From: Promethearchaeota archaeon
Lineage (GTDB): Archaea > Asgardarchaeota > Lokiarchaeia > Sigyniarchaeales > SOKP01
Direction of reading: 5' to 3'
DNA length: 64,000 nucleotides
NCBI GenBank assembly: GCA_019894975.1
Contig: JAGXNO010000007.1
Coordinates: 1-64,000, forward strand
Shown here piece after piece: positions 20,229-29,555 of this stretch; within the stretch, counting starts at the first letter, position 1; each line of letters begins with the position of its first letter. Made by a program: the position numbers and the translations under genes. The notes under the pieces were generated by a model that did no database searches, had not been told where the DNA came from, and saw nothing but the letters and a program-made list of their open reading frames with translations.

Positions 20229-20362
20229 ATAATATTCAAATTTACTTTTTTTTGGGAGTAAAGATATTTTAAATCGTTTGCTGCTTTCAATTTAAAATTA
20301 GAAATTTTAATAATGAATCTAAATTTTCCGATCTAATTAACTAATATTCTATTTTGTAAACA

Positions 20363-21646
20363 ATGAATCAAAATTCACCTAATCAATCACATAAACAAGA
20401 AAAACGTTCAAATACTAAATATCCTATATTAAAACCTCTTTGGATTGGTTTATTAATCGATGTATTAGGTTTTTATATAATTATACCATATATCCCTTCT
20501 CTAATAAAGATATTCAATGCAACTCCGTTTTTAATTGGATTACTACTTGCGACTAATGCAGTATTCTCACTTGTTTCTGCTCCTATATGGGGTAAATTAA
20601 GTGATAAATATGGAAGAAAACCAATACTTCTAATTGCTGAAGCAGGTACATGTTCGGCCTTTTTAATTTTAGGTTTTTCAAATTCACTCTCAATGTTTTT
20701 TATTGCACGAATTGTGGATGGAATATTTGGGGGAAACTTTCCATTGACCAAAGCAATTATTACTGATGCAGTCCCACCGAAAGATAGAGGGGTTCAAATG
20801 ACAAACGTGGGAGTAGTAATGACCATTGCAGGGCTCGTTGCTCCAGGATTAGGGGGATTTTTATCAGTTTTTCTCATCTTTGGGGCTACTTATCCTATGG
20901 CTCTTCCCGGGTTGGTTGCAGCAGGTTTTTCCTTTTTAACAATAATAACAACTCAATTCTTTATTGAAGAAACTTGGCCTAAATCTAAGAGAGAAAAAGC
21001 ACAAAAGGAGATCAAAATAAAGATACACATTTGGGAAAATAAGGGTGCATTATACCTATTAACTCAGTTTGCCTTACATACTTTATCTTTTATTACGTAT
21101 GTATCAACTCTAGCTGTTTTTATTACTCTAATCTTAGGATATAATACATTAGGTGTGAGTTTCTTATTAACAGTGTCAGGAATTTCCAGAGCTATAGTGA
21201 GATTTTCTGTATTTCCCCCTACTATGAGAAAACTAGGTGAAAGAAATATGACCATTTTAGGATTATCCATTTTAATGGTGACATTTCTTTATATAGGGAT
21301 ATTTGCGAGAGTTTATCCTGAACCTTGGATTTTCATTGTATTAATGATATTCGCAAGTTACGGGGTTTCTTGTTCAAGAGGAATATTGATGAGTAGGGTG
21401 ACTCAATCTGTTACTCCAAAGGAAATAGGGAAAATCAATGGATACACTACGACATTAGATAGTCTTGCTCAAATAATTGGTCCAATTGTTGGCACATTAT
21501 TATTAGAAAACTTTAATCCTGCAGTTTTTGGTTCGTTTATGGCAATACTTGCACTTGGGGCATTCTTAATGGATTTCAAAGTCATAGCACCTTTAATACA
21601 GAAAAAACAATTTAAAATAGAAGAACAATTACAAATGAAACTGTAA
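20363..21646 (+). CDS. MFS transporter (TetA/DHA1-like)
   Basis: Motif A G.LSDKYGRKP, R...G, about 12 TM. Confidence 0.92.
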   Translation: MNQNSPNQSHKQEKRSNTKYPILKPLWIGLLIDVLGFYIIIPYIPSLIKIFNATPFLIGLLLATNAVFSLVSAPIWGKLSDKYGRKPILLIAEAGTCSAFLILGFSNSLSMFFIARIVDGIFGGNFPLTKAIITDAVPPKDRGVQMTNVGVVMTIAGLVAPGLGGFLSVFLIFGATYPMALPGLVAAGFSFLTIITTQFFIEETWPKSKREKAQKEIKIKIHIWENKGALYLLTQFALHTLSFITYVSTLAVFITLILGYNTLGVSFLLTVSGISRAIVRFSVFPPTMRKLGERNMTILGLSILMVTFLYIGIFARVYPEPWIFIVLMIFASYGVSCSRGILMSRVTQSVTPKEIGKINGYTTTLDSLAQIIGPIVGTLLLENFNPAVFGSFMAILALGAFLMDFKVIAPLIQKKQFKIEEQLQMKL

Positions 21647-21694
21647 AAATACCACAAATATAATTTTATAAATCCTTTTCCTAATTATTATATA

Positions 21695-22498
21695 ATGATT
21701 AAAGAAGAAAATCAAAAGAATTCACCAACTATTGAAGAAGAGAAAACAGTAGAACTTCCAGCGTCTGATTTCTTTAAAATTAACTTTATTTGCTTTCTAG
21801 TTCCTCTTTATGTTTGTTTAGGGCTCTTTTTGATTTTCGAATATTGTTTCATTAATGTATTTTCAATTCAATCTCTTATTCACTTTCTTATTTTACCTGG
21901 TTTTCTATTTTTTTTGTATTATATCTATCTAATTTTGTTAATTGAATTTACAGCCCTATGGACTCGAAGGTGGAATAAAAAATCAGCACCACAACAAGGC
22001 GTGTTTGCCAGGGTTCTTGACGATATTAATAGTCCTGAAGGAAAATTGATTAAATATTACCATAAACGAGGATTTATTATTAAATATCCTATGTGGATAA
22101 CTTCAAAATCCCCTTTTCCTTGGCTTGTTAACCGAGTTTTAAGGAGGATAAGTCATAATAAAATAGGACAAAATGTTATTTATTGTGATGCCTATGTAGG
22201 ATTAGAATTTACTGATATTGGTGATAATGTTTTTATCTATCCCTCTAGTGGTTTATCGAGCCACGCAGTTAACACTATTTTTGGTAAAATAACTATGTTG
22301 GAAATTAAATTGGGAAAAAATACTACGATATATCCAGGAGATATAGTGGGTCCAAATGCTATTACTGAAGATAACAATGTAATTTATCCAAACACGGTAT
22401 TACATAAAAATTGGAGAGGAAAACCTGAAAAAAACTATTATCAAGGAAGTCCTGGGCGTCCTATTGAAAAAAGAAATCTAAAGGATGAAGATATTTAA
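21695..22498 (+). CDS. membrane protein with C-terminal left-handed beta-helix (acyltransferase-like) domain
   Basis: Two N-terminal TM helices; hexapeptide repeats KIGQNV, DIGDNV, KLGKNT; terminal G.P. Confidence 0.7.
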   Translation: MIKEENQKNSPTIEEEKTVELPASDFFKINFICFLVPLYVCLGLFLIFEYCFINVFSIQSLIHFLILPGFLFFLYYIYLILLIEFTALWTRRWNKKSAPQQGVFARVLDDINSPEGKLIKYYHKRGFIIKYPMWITSKSPFPWLVNRVLRRISHNKIGQNVIYCDAYVGLEFTDIGDNVFIYPSSGLSSHAVNTIFGKITMLEIKLGKNTTIYPGDIVGPNAITEDNNVIYPNTVLHKNWRGKPEKNYYQGSPGRPIEKRNLKDEDI

Positions 22499-23982
22499 TT
22501 TTTAGGAAATTTATCTTGTTTTTGCAGGAATTTTCTATAGCTATTTACTTTATCTAACACCATTCCAGCTATATCTAAACTTTCAAATACGGGAACAGCT
22601 TTGTTTAATAGTTTCATTTTAAATTTATATCTGCTTTTATATTCCTCAAATCCCTCATTTATTTTAAGCATGACACAATACATTGGTTTTGTACTGACAT
22701 TTTTCGCTTTAGAAACATATCTAATAAATTCTCGATTTAAATCAGTTCCTGTGAAACCAATTTCTTTCAGTATATCTTGAAATCCCCCAAATCGTTCAGG
22801 ATCTTTAATGAATAAAATCGAAGAAATATTGGGATCTTTATCTAAAGCTAAAATTGTTCTATAATAAATATGTGGTTGAATTCCACTTCCACCAAGATCA
22901 ATCGGATTTGTAAGGTTCGTATTAACATCCGGAATAAATCTTTGCATTTTGTGTATTGTTTTTTCCGTTAAACTAGGTATGTTTAAATTAAATTTTTCAA
23001 GGATGTCTATAGCTTCTATTGTTGACCCTCCTCCGATACCAATAACCCCCACATTACGCGTTTCGGGTAAATGAGTCAAATTAAAAGCAGAGGCTAGTGC
23101 TGCGAGTTCATTTGAATTATTAACAAGGCAACTTCCTGTTTGTTTTCCTACGGCATCCCAAATTTTATTATTTCCCGCAAGCCCCCCTGTATGAGATAAT
23201 ATTGCTTTTTTTGTAGCTTCACCATATCCGGCCCTCCAAAGAATCACTGGTTTTCTATTGAGGTTACAGTCTTTTACTGCTTTCATAAACTCTCTTCCTT
23301 GGTCTATGGATCTTAAGTTTTCAAGATATAGACCGATTATTTTTGTATAACCATCTTGATTAAAGTACTTTAAAAATTCTACTGGGGATAAATCTAAGGA
23401 ATTCCCAATTGATATAAATTTGGAGGCATAAAGGCCATAAGAAACACACAATTGACTCATATTTTGTGCGATTCCCCCTGATTGAAACACACCTCCAAAA
23501 TTGCCTGCTTTTCTGGATTGATCAAAAGCAAAGTGTAGCCCTCCCCTTGGGTTATATACCCCTAAACAGTTGGGACCGATAATTCTCACATTATATCGCT
23601 TTGCCGTACTTAATATTTCTTTTTCAAGGCTTTCTCTTCCAACTTCACGAAATCCTGATGCAAAGATAGTTACAAATGGTACTCCTTTTTTCCCGATCTC
23701 TTCCATTACCTTGGGACATAAACGCGCCGGAATGGCTAGAATCACATAATCGATAGAGTCTTTTATATCCGAGATTGTACTATAAATTTTGTAGCCGTAT
23801 ATCTCTTGACCTTCAAATTTGGGGTTAAACAGATATATCGGTCCTTTAAATTTTCCCTTCATGCATCTAAGGAAGAATGTACCCCCCCTTAAGTCAGGAG
23901 ATACTCCAATGACCCCGATGGCTTTTGGAAAAAATAATTTATCAAAGTCATTATTTGTTATATCTATTGTTGTTGATGTCAT
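22495..23982 (-). CDS. ADP-forming acyl-CoA synthetase alpha-type (CoA-binding) protein
   Basis: P.AIGVIG, GPNCLG, QSGG, SHTG, NPID. Confidence 0.88.
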   Translation of the reverse strand: MTSTTIDITNNDFDKLFFPKAIGVIGVSPDLRGGTFFLRCMKGKFKGPIYLFNPKFEGQEIYGYKIYSTISDIKDSIDYVILAIPARLCPKVMEEIGKKGVPFVTIFASGFREVGRESLEKEILSTAKRYNVRIIGPNCLGVYNPRGGLHFAFDQSRKAGNFGGVFQSGGIAQNMSQLCVSYGLYASKFISIGNSLDLSPVEFLKYFNQDGYTKIIGLYLENLRSIDQGREFMKAVKDCNLNRKPVILWRAGYGEATKKAILSHTGGLAGNNKIWDAVGKQTGSCLVNNSNELAALASAFNLTHLPETRNVGVIGIGGGSTIEAIDILEKFNLNIPSLTEKTIHKMQRFIPDVNTNLTNPIDLGGSGIQPHIYYRTILALDKDPNISSILFIKDPERFGGFQDILKEIGFTGTDLNREFIRYVSKAKNVSTKPMYCVMLKINEGFEEYKSRYKFKMKLLNKAVPVFESLDIAGMVLDKVNSYRKFLQKQDKFPKN

Positions 23983-24083
23983 ATTATCTTAGAACAATTA
24001 TTTTAATTTAGAAAAAATTATGCTGATTAGTTAAGAATACCTAAAATATTTTGAGGTATTAAACTGAAAGATAAATTAAACTC

Positions 24084-24824
24084 TTATTTTGGATCATATT
24101 GATTTAGAACTTCTCTTGCTTTGGATATACTATCCACAATTAACCCATCAACACCTAAATCAATCATTTTTCTCATAGTTTTTTTTGTATTAATTGTATA
24201 TGTAAATACTTGTAATCCATGTTTATGAGCAAATTTTACAAATTCTACATCAACATTCTTAAACCGAGAAATAATATAAGGAAATTTCGAATCAATTACG
24301 GTTTGAATCAATTCTTTCCTTTTATCCCACTCAGGAATATATTCCTCTGTTATTGGTACAATCCATCCTAATTTTACTTTGGGATCACACTCTCTAAGGG
24401 ATAATAATACTTCGACATGGAAGGATTGAATTATTGTGGAATCTACTACACTTTCTTCTCTTAGTAGGTCGAGTACTTTACCAGAAGTTCCTCTTGTTTT
24501 TATTTCACAAAGGAGATTTACTCTTCCTTTAGCAAGTTCAATGACTTCCTTAAGTTCTGGTATTCTTTCACCCTCTTCAAGTTTTATTTTTTTCAATTCT
24601 TTTAAAGTCATTTGGCTTATGTTGCGTTTTATACCCATTCTTCTAAGGATATCATCACCATGAATCACTATGAGTTCTCCATCTTGTGTTTCATGGACAT
24701 CAAATTCTATGAAATCTGGATCCAAATCAATCGCCCTCTTAAATCCTTTTAGTGTGTGCTCAGGGGCTTCATCTAATGCCCCTCTGTGTCCAATTATTAA
24801 GGGTCTATTCCTTTTTTCACTCAT
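24084..24824 (-). CDS. glycerophosphodiester phosphodiesterase
   Basis: GHRG, PEHT, EFDVH, EIK, YTIN, GVDG. Confidence 0.92.
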   Translation of the reverse strand: MSEKRNRPLIIGHRGALDEAPEHTLKGFKRAIDLDPDFIEFDVHETQDGELIVIHGDDILRRMGIKRNISQMTLKELKKIKLEEGERIPELKEVIELAKGRVNLLCEIKTRGTSGKVLDLLREESVVDSTIIQSFHVEVLLSLRECDPKVKLGWIVPITEEYIPEWDKRKELIQTVIDSKFPYIISRFKNVDVEFVKFAHKHGLQVFTYTINTKKTMRKMIDLGVDGLIVDSISKAREVLNQYDPK

Positions 24825-24863
24825 ATTACCATATTAAAACAATATATCATTAGGGGAACAATT

Positions 24864-25577
24864 TTAATATAAATTATTCAAAATTTTTCTAACTCTGGAA
24901 ATATCATTAGTGATAATTCCATCGACACTTATCTCTACTAACTTCTTAATGCTATTATCAGTATTAACTGTCCATGGAAATATTCTAATATTATTTTTGT
25001 GAGCTTTTATTATGAACTGTCGATTTACGAGTTTATAGAATGGATTAATTGCATAAAACCTATTATTAATTGCTTCATTATGCAATTTTTTTCGGGATAA
25101 CCAACTTTTTATCCAACCTGTTCGTGTAGGTTCTAATGAAGCTAATTTAATTCGTGGTTCTAATTTCTGGATCTTTAATAACACATCATGTTTAAAAGAG
25201 CTGATTATTGTTGTATCAATAATATCTGCTTCCTTTATGGTTTTTATAATTTTTTCAGCAATATTTCTAGCTTTTATCTCACAATTTAACCTAATTTTAC
25301 CTTTTGTGAGATTTATTAATTCATGCAAGGTGGGTATAGTTTCACCTTCCCCACAATCAAGTTGCTTCAATTCTTCAAGGTCCATATTCTTAATCAAGCC
25401 GAAATGTCCGGTAGTTCGAAAGGTATTACCATCATGCATTATTACGATTTCATCGTCCTTAGTTTTATGTACATCAAATTCTATGTAGTCCGCTTTTAAA
25501 TCTATTGCCTTTTGAAATGCCTTTAAGGTATTTTCAGGAGCAATACTGCTTGCACCTCTGTGAGCTATTATTAACAT
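24864..25577 (-). CDS. glycerophosphodiester phosphodiesterase
   Basis: AHRGAS, PENT, EFDVH, HD, EIK, WTVN, DGIITN. Confidence 0.94.
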   Translation of the reverse strand: MLIIAHRGASSIAPENTLKAFQKAIDLKADYIEFDVHKTKDDEIVIMHDGNTFRTTGHFGLIKNMDLEELKQLDCGEGETIPTLHELINLTKGKIRLNCEIKARNIAEKIIKTIKEADIIDTTIISSFKHDVLLKIQKLEPRIKLASLEPTRTGWIKSWLSRKKLHNEAINNRFYAINPFYKLVNRQFIIKAHKNNIRIFPWTVNTDNSIKKLVEISVDGIITNDISRVRKILNNLY

Positions 25578-26042
25578 TCTTTCTGGATTATAAGTACTTA
25601 TTTCTCAATCCCCTTTATCCTAACTTTTCTATTAAATCAAAATATTAGATCGCTTTTTTATCTAATTCTTTGACAAAACCGTTTTATTAATTCTTCATCT
25701 AGTTAACTAGGCAAGATTTTGAGATTTTTTTACTATCTTCAGAATCATTCTTTCATTAATCTCTTAGTTATTTAATAGGGTTTCAAGGTTTTGAGAAACC
25801 ACTAACTTAATAACAAATTAATAACTTAAACTGAAGATTTATTAGTATAAAATGTTAAGACTAATATGAAATTAGTTTGAAATATCAATACATATTTTCA
25901 ATGAAAAGATAAATTTATAAGTAGTATTTATTTTTAATATGAAGTGAAACAGTTAAAATTGAATAGAAATAGCGTAGTAAACCGAAAAATTTAAAAGATG
26001 AAAAGCTGAATACAAAACCTTGAAGGTGTAAATAAAAAAATT

Positions 26043-26294
26043 ATGCGCTTTTGCGACAATTGCGGAAATATGCTTATCCCCAAAGAAGGTAAATTATATT
26101 GTAAAGCCTGTGAAGAGGAATTTGACTTAGGACCAAACAAAGCAGAGTACAAAATTCAAAAGACGATTCACCACGATGAAAAAGAATCTGCCCCGATCAT
26201 AGTCAAGGATGGTTTGAAAGGGGAAAAGATATCTAATGAAGATCGAAAAGCCTATGAAGACCTCTTCTCTGGAGCCGATGGCGATGCTTACTGA
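26043..26294 (+). CDS. RpoM/TFS/RPB9-like protein, N-terminal zinc ribbon only
   Basis: MRFCDNCGNML.P...L.C..C is typical of the TFS/RPB9 N-ribbon; no second ribbon. Confidence 0.75.
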   Translation: MRFCDNCGNMLIPKEGKLYCKACEEEFDLGPNKAEYKIQKTIHHDEKESAPIIVKDGLKGEKISNEDRKAYEDLFSGADGDAY

Positions 26295-26471
26295 ATCAGG
26301 TTCTTCTTAAAGATCTAGGATTAGATCACTTATTCTTCCATGATATGAAAAATTTTCGTATCCTTTTTAGATGTTTTAATATTTCCATACTTATAGTTTT
26401 TTAATTAGATACAATCTATTTAGTGATATTTTAATTGAATTAAAGACTAAATCATAATTTAATTGGTCAAA

Positions 26472-26867
26472 ATGGCAGAAGAAAAAAAGAAAAGGTTACG
26501 CGGTTTTGCAGGAATTGTTTCAAAACAAGTCGAACCTTTAAATGATAATGAAAAATTTAAGCAAAAATACAAGGATACTCAAGTAAAGGTCCTTTTAAAT
26601 GCAAAAGATGGAAAATATGCAGCATTACTAGTTATTGATAAGGGTACTATACACGTGGAAGATTTTAAAAACAAACCTAAAGAAAACCTTAAGAAAAAGG
26701 TTTTAGGGTGGGATGGGTTATTACAAACAAAAACCAAAACCTTCGTAGGACTACTTGAAAGTGATGATATATCTTTAGGAAAAGTTATAGGAAAAATTGT
26801 AACAGGTAGGATAAAAATAAGAGGTATTAAACACGTACTTGTTTTACTTCCACTGTTTAGTTTATAA
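26472..26867 (+). CDS. SCP2 sterol/lipid-binding domain-like protein
   Basis: C-terminal G.I.I.G motif (TGRIKIRG), D..L..., size about 130 aa. Confidence 0.65.
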   Translation: MAEEKKKRLRGFAGIVSKQVEPLNDNEKFKQKYKDTQVKVLLNAKDGKYAALLVIDKGTIHVEDFKNKPKENLKKKVLGWDGLLQTKTKTFVGLLESDDISLGKVIGKIVTGRIKIRGIKHVLVLLPLFSL

Positions 26868-26883
26868 TTACAAAGCATATAAA

Positions 26884-27315
26884 TTACTTAATTTGAAGGA
26901 AAATTTCAACAAGAGACATCATTTTTTCCTTTAATTTATCTTTATTTTTTTCATCCTTTAACGATTTAATGATTACATCCTTATCATTATTAGATATTGA
27001 GGGGAAATTTTCAAGAAATTCTCTTAAATAAATGATTTTTTTTGTAGGCTTATCCTGAATTTTTAAAATGAAATTTTCAACAAGATCTTGCAGTTTATTT
27101 ACTTGTTCTTTTGCGCCAATATGTAAATGTTCTCCTTTGGATTTTTCTATTTCCTGTAAAATGCTATTCTTTTCTATTATCTTGTTCATAATCTCTTTTA
27201 GAGTTTCCTCTCTTGTTAATATTGATAACGAAGAGAGATAGTTTTCAATTTCTGAATTTTTTTTCTCAATCTCACCAATCATATTTAGAATATCATCCTT
27301 ATTTCCTTTTTCCAT
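26884..27315 (-). CDS. hypothetical charged helical protein
   Basis: 143-aa ORF with Lys/Glu-rich composition typical of real genes here. Confidence 0.6.
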   Translation of the reverse strand: MEKGNKDDILNMIGEIEKKNSEIENYLSSLSILTREETLKEIMNKIIEKNSILQEIEKSKGEHLHIGAKEQVNKLQDLVENFILKIQDKPTKKIIYLREFLENFPSISNNDKDVIIKSLKDEKNKDKLKEKMMSLVEIFLQIK

Positions 27316-27378
27316 ATATTAATTATGTTTTCTCTAAATTTTTAAATTTAACTGAAAATATTTGTTAAATAGATAGAA

Positions 27379-28110
27379 ATGCTTGATAATTTAAATGAAG
27401 GTGTAAGAAAATTCCAAGAATTTATAAATTATAAATTTACAAATGAACAACTTCTAGAGGAAGCGCTAACTACTCCAAAGCTAGGAAACGAATTAGGGAT
27501 ACCTGATTATGAATTTTTAGAAACTTTGGGAGATGCTGTTATTAAAATCATTTTTATTTTAAAATTACATAGTCAAGGAATAAAAGATCCTGGAGATATA
27601 ACAAAAATCAAAGCTTCCTTAGAAAGTGATAAAGCATTAAGAAAAGTTGCAAATAGAATGAATTTACAAGATTTTATTTTTAAAACTGAGTCCCAAACAG
27701 TTAAGGGAACCAGAATTTTAGCTGATGTTTTTGAAGCAATATGCGGAGCGATATTTTTTGATTCAAACTATAACTTTAGAATAGTTGAAGAAAAAATGAT
27801 TAATCCATTTTATGGCGATTTAGAAGCAACTATTGATAATTCATTGTCAGATCAAAAAAACGAATTATTAGAATTTTTACAAGCAAAATTTAAAACTTCC
27901 ATCCTTATTGAACTGGAGTATGAAAAAAGTGGATTCGAACATGATCCAATCTGGATCGCTAAGAATCCAATGATTATTGATAAATATGATCAAAAAGATC
28001 TTATAAAAATATCAAAAAACTTAAAATCAGGTAAATTTAGAAATAAGAAAGACGCTGAAAAGGATATTTATGCTAAGATATATAGATATCTAAAAACTGA
28101 AAAGAAATAA
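27379..28110 (+). CDS. rnc: ribonuclease III (RNase III domain plus dsRBD)
   Basis: LL.EALT, signature E.LE.LGD, AD.FEA..GA, dsRBD K..L.E..Q and G...KK.AE. Confidence 0.88.
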   Translation: MLDNLNEGVRKFQEFINYKFTNEQLLEEALTTPKLGNELGIPDYEFLETLGDAVIKIIFILKLHSQGIKDPGDITKIKASLESDKALRKVANRMNLQDFIFKTESQTVKGTRILADVFEAICGAIFFDSNYNFRIVEEKMINPFYGDLEATIDNSLSDQKNELLEFLQAKFKTSILIELEYEKSGFEHDPIWIAKNPMIIDKYDQKDLIKISKNLKSGKFRNKKDAEKDIYAKIYRYLKTEKK

Positions 28111-28329
28111 TATAATTATTCTTTATTCCCATCTATCAAGAATTTTAATTGTTCTACTTAATTAGAACCTTAATTTTTAATATATTTCCGCACTTTTCGG
28201 ATCTATACAACTTCAGCAATCTGAAAAAATTTATTTTAGCATTATAATATAATAAACTTAAAATACCACTCAATAATTTAAAAGACGTTATTATTAGAGA
28301 AAGAAAAATTAGAGAAGAGAAGATTTCAT

Positions 28330-29508
28330 ATGTCTGAAACACCTAATATGAAGAGAACTCCAATCATGGAGCAGTATGAAGAAGAAACTGGAAAATTAGC
28401 AATCTGGAAGGGTGAAATTTCAAAACAATTTAAAAAATGGGAACAGCAAAAAGAGAAAGAAGAAATTAAGAAACAAAAATTAGAAATTATTTCTGAATCT
28501 CGAGTAGAAAAGAAGAAGATGAAAAAAGAAGTTAAAGAAGACAAAATCGTTGGGAAAGATTACGAGCATTTAATTGTTGTTGAAAATTTACATAAGACTT
28601 ACTTATTGGGAACTACAGCTGTAGCAGCATTACGAGGTATAGATTTAACAATAGATAAAGGTGACTTTATTGATATTATGGGTCCTTCTGGCTCGGGAAA
28701 GACGACATTATTAAATCTAATTGGCGGTCTTGATACTCCTACAAGGGGAAAAATATTTCTTGAGGGTAGAAATATCTCAATGCTTAATGATAACAAATTA
28801 GCTGAAATTAGAAGAGAAAGAATAGGTTTTGTATTTCAGTTTTATAACCTCCTCCCCCAAATGACTGCTATGGAGAATGTAATGGTTCCTCTTCATTTTT
28901 CAGGTGATTTGAGTCGTCGAGGAAAAAGAAAAAGAGCAATGGATCTTTTAAGATTAGTTGGTCTAGATGAAAGAGCACATCATACACCTTCAGAACTAAG
29001 TGGTGGAGAACAACAGAGAGTTGCTATAGCAAGAGCTTTTGCTAATGATCCAAGTGTAGTAATTCTTGATGAGGTCACTGGAGATCTTGATAGTAAGACA
29101 GGGATCATGATTTTAAATCTCCTTAGAGATTTAAATAAAAGAGGTGCTACCTTCGTTGCTGTAAGTCATGACGCAGCAGTTTCAGAATTCGCAAATAAAG
29201 TACTTCATATGAGGGACGGGAAATTAACAACTGAAGGTGAAATTGGGGGATTAAAGGAAACTAAAATTATGGAAAGTACGAGAAAACGGGGAACAGAGAT
29301 TAATAAAGAAAAATGTAAGAGTAAAATCTTTCAATATCTCTTCTTAAATCAAGGAAAAACCGAAATAAAAATGAGTGAAATTAAGTTATACATCCCTACC
29401 GGTATAATCAACAATTTACCTGAGCATTTTGAGGATATTTTGCAAGAATTGATATATGATAATAATCTCAGTGCTAAAATTGATGGAGAATTATTAATCT
29501 TACAGTAA
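28330..29508 (+). CDS. MacB/LolD-type ABC ATPase with N-terminal extension and C-terminal winged-helix (PCI-like) tail
   Basis: GPSGSGKT, GFVFQFYNL, LSGGEQQRVAIARA, LDEVTGDLD, SHD. Confidence 0.93.
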   Translation: MSETPNMKRTPIMEQYEEETGKLAIWKGEISKQFKKWEQQKEKEEIKKQKLEIISESRVEKKKMKKEVKEDKIVGKDYEHLIVVENLHKTYLLGTTAVAALRGIDLTIDKGDFIDIMGPSGSGKTTLLNLIGGLDTPTRGKIFLEGRNISMLNDNKLAEIRRERIGFVFQFYNLLPQMTAMENVMVPLHFSGDLSRRGKRKRAMDLLRLVGLDERAHHTPSELSGGEQQRVAIARAFANDPSVVILDEVTGDLDSKTGIMILNLLRDLNKRGATFVAVSHDAAVSEFANKVLHMRDGKLTTEGEIGGLKETKIMESTRKRGTEINKEKCKSKIFQYLFLNQGKTEIKMSEIKLYIPTGIINNLPEHFEDILQELIYDNNLSAKIDGELLILQ

Positions 29509-29555
29509 AAACATTTTTATGGTTTTTAATAAAAAATTAAAAAAAAAAATACCCC

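Noticed and set aside
25578-26042. Possible small gene or remnant between the GDPD pair and the TFS-like gene
   Set aside because: Only very short frames were found and no motif; treated as a divergent promoter region
26292-26320. Possible selenocysteine read-through of TGA stops (TFS-like gene, etfA, etfB), since Lokiarchaeia use Sec
   Set aside because: Read-through gives no homologous continuation, no Cys-equivalent position and no recognisable SECIS
28154-28342. 62-aa minus-strand ORF between rnc and the ABC ATPase
   Set aside because: Low-complexity AT-rich translation that overlaps the ATPase start and promoter region; probably spurious
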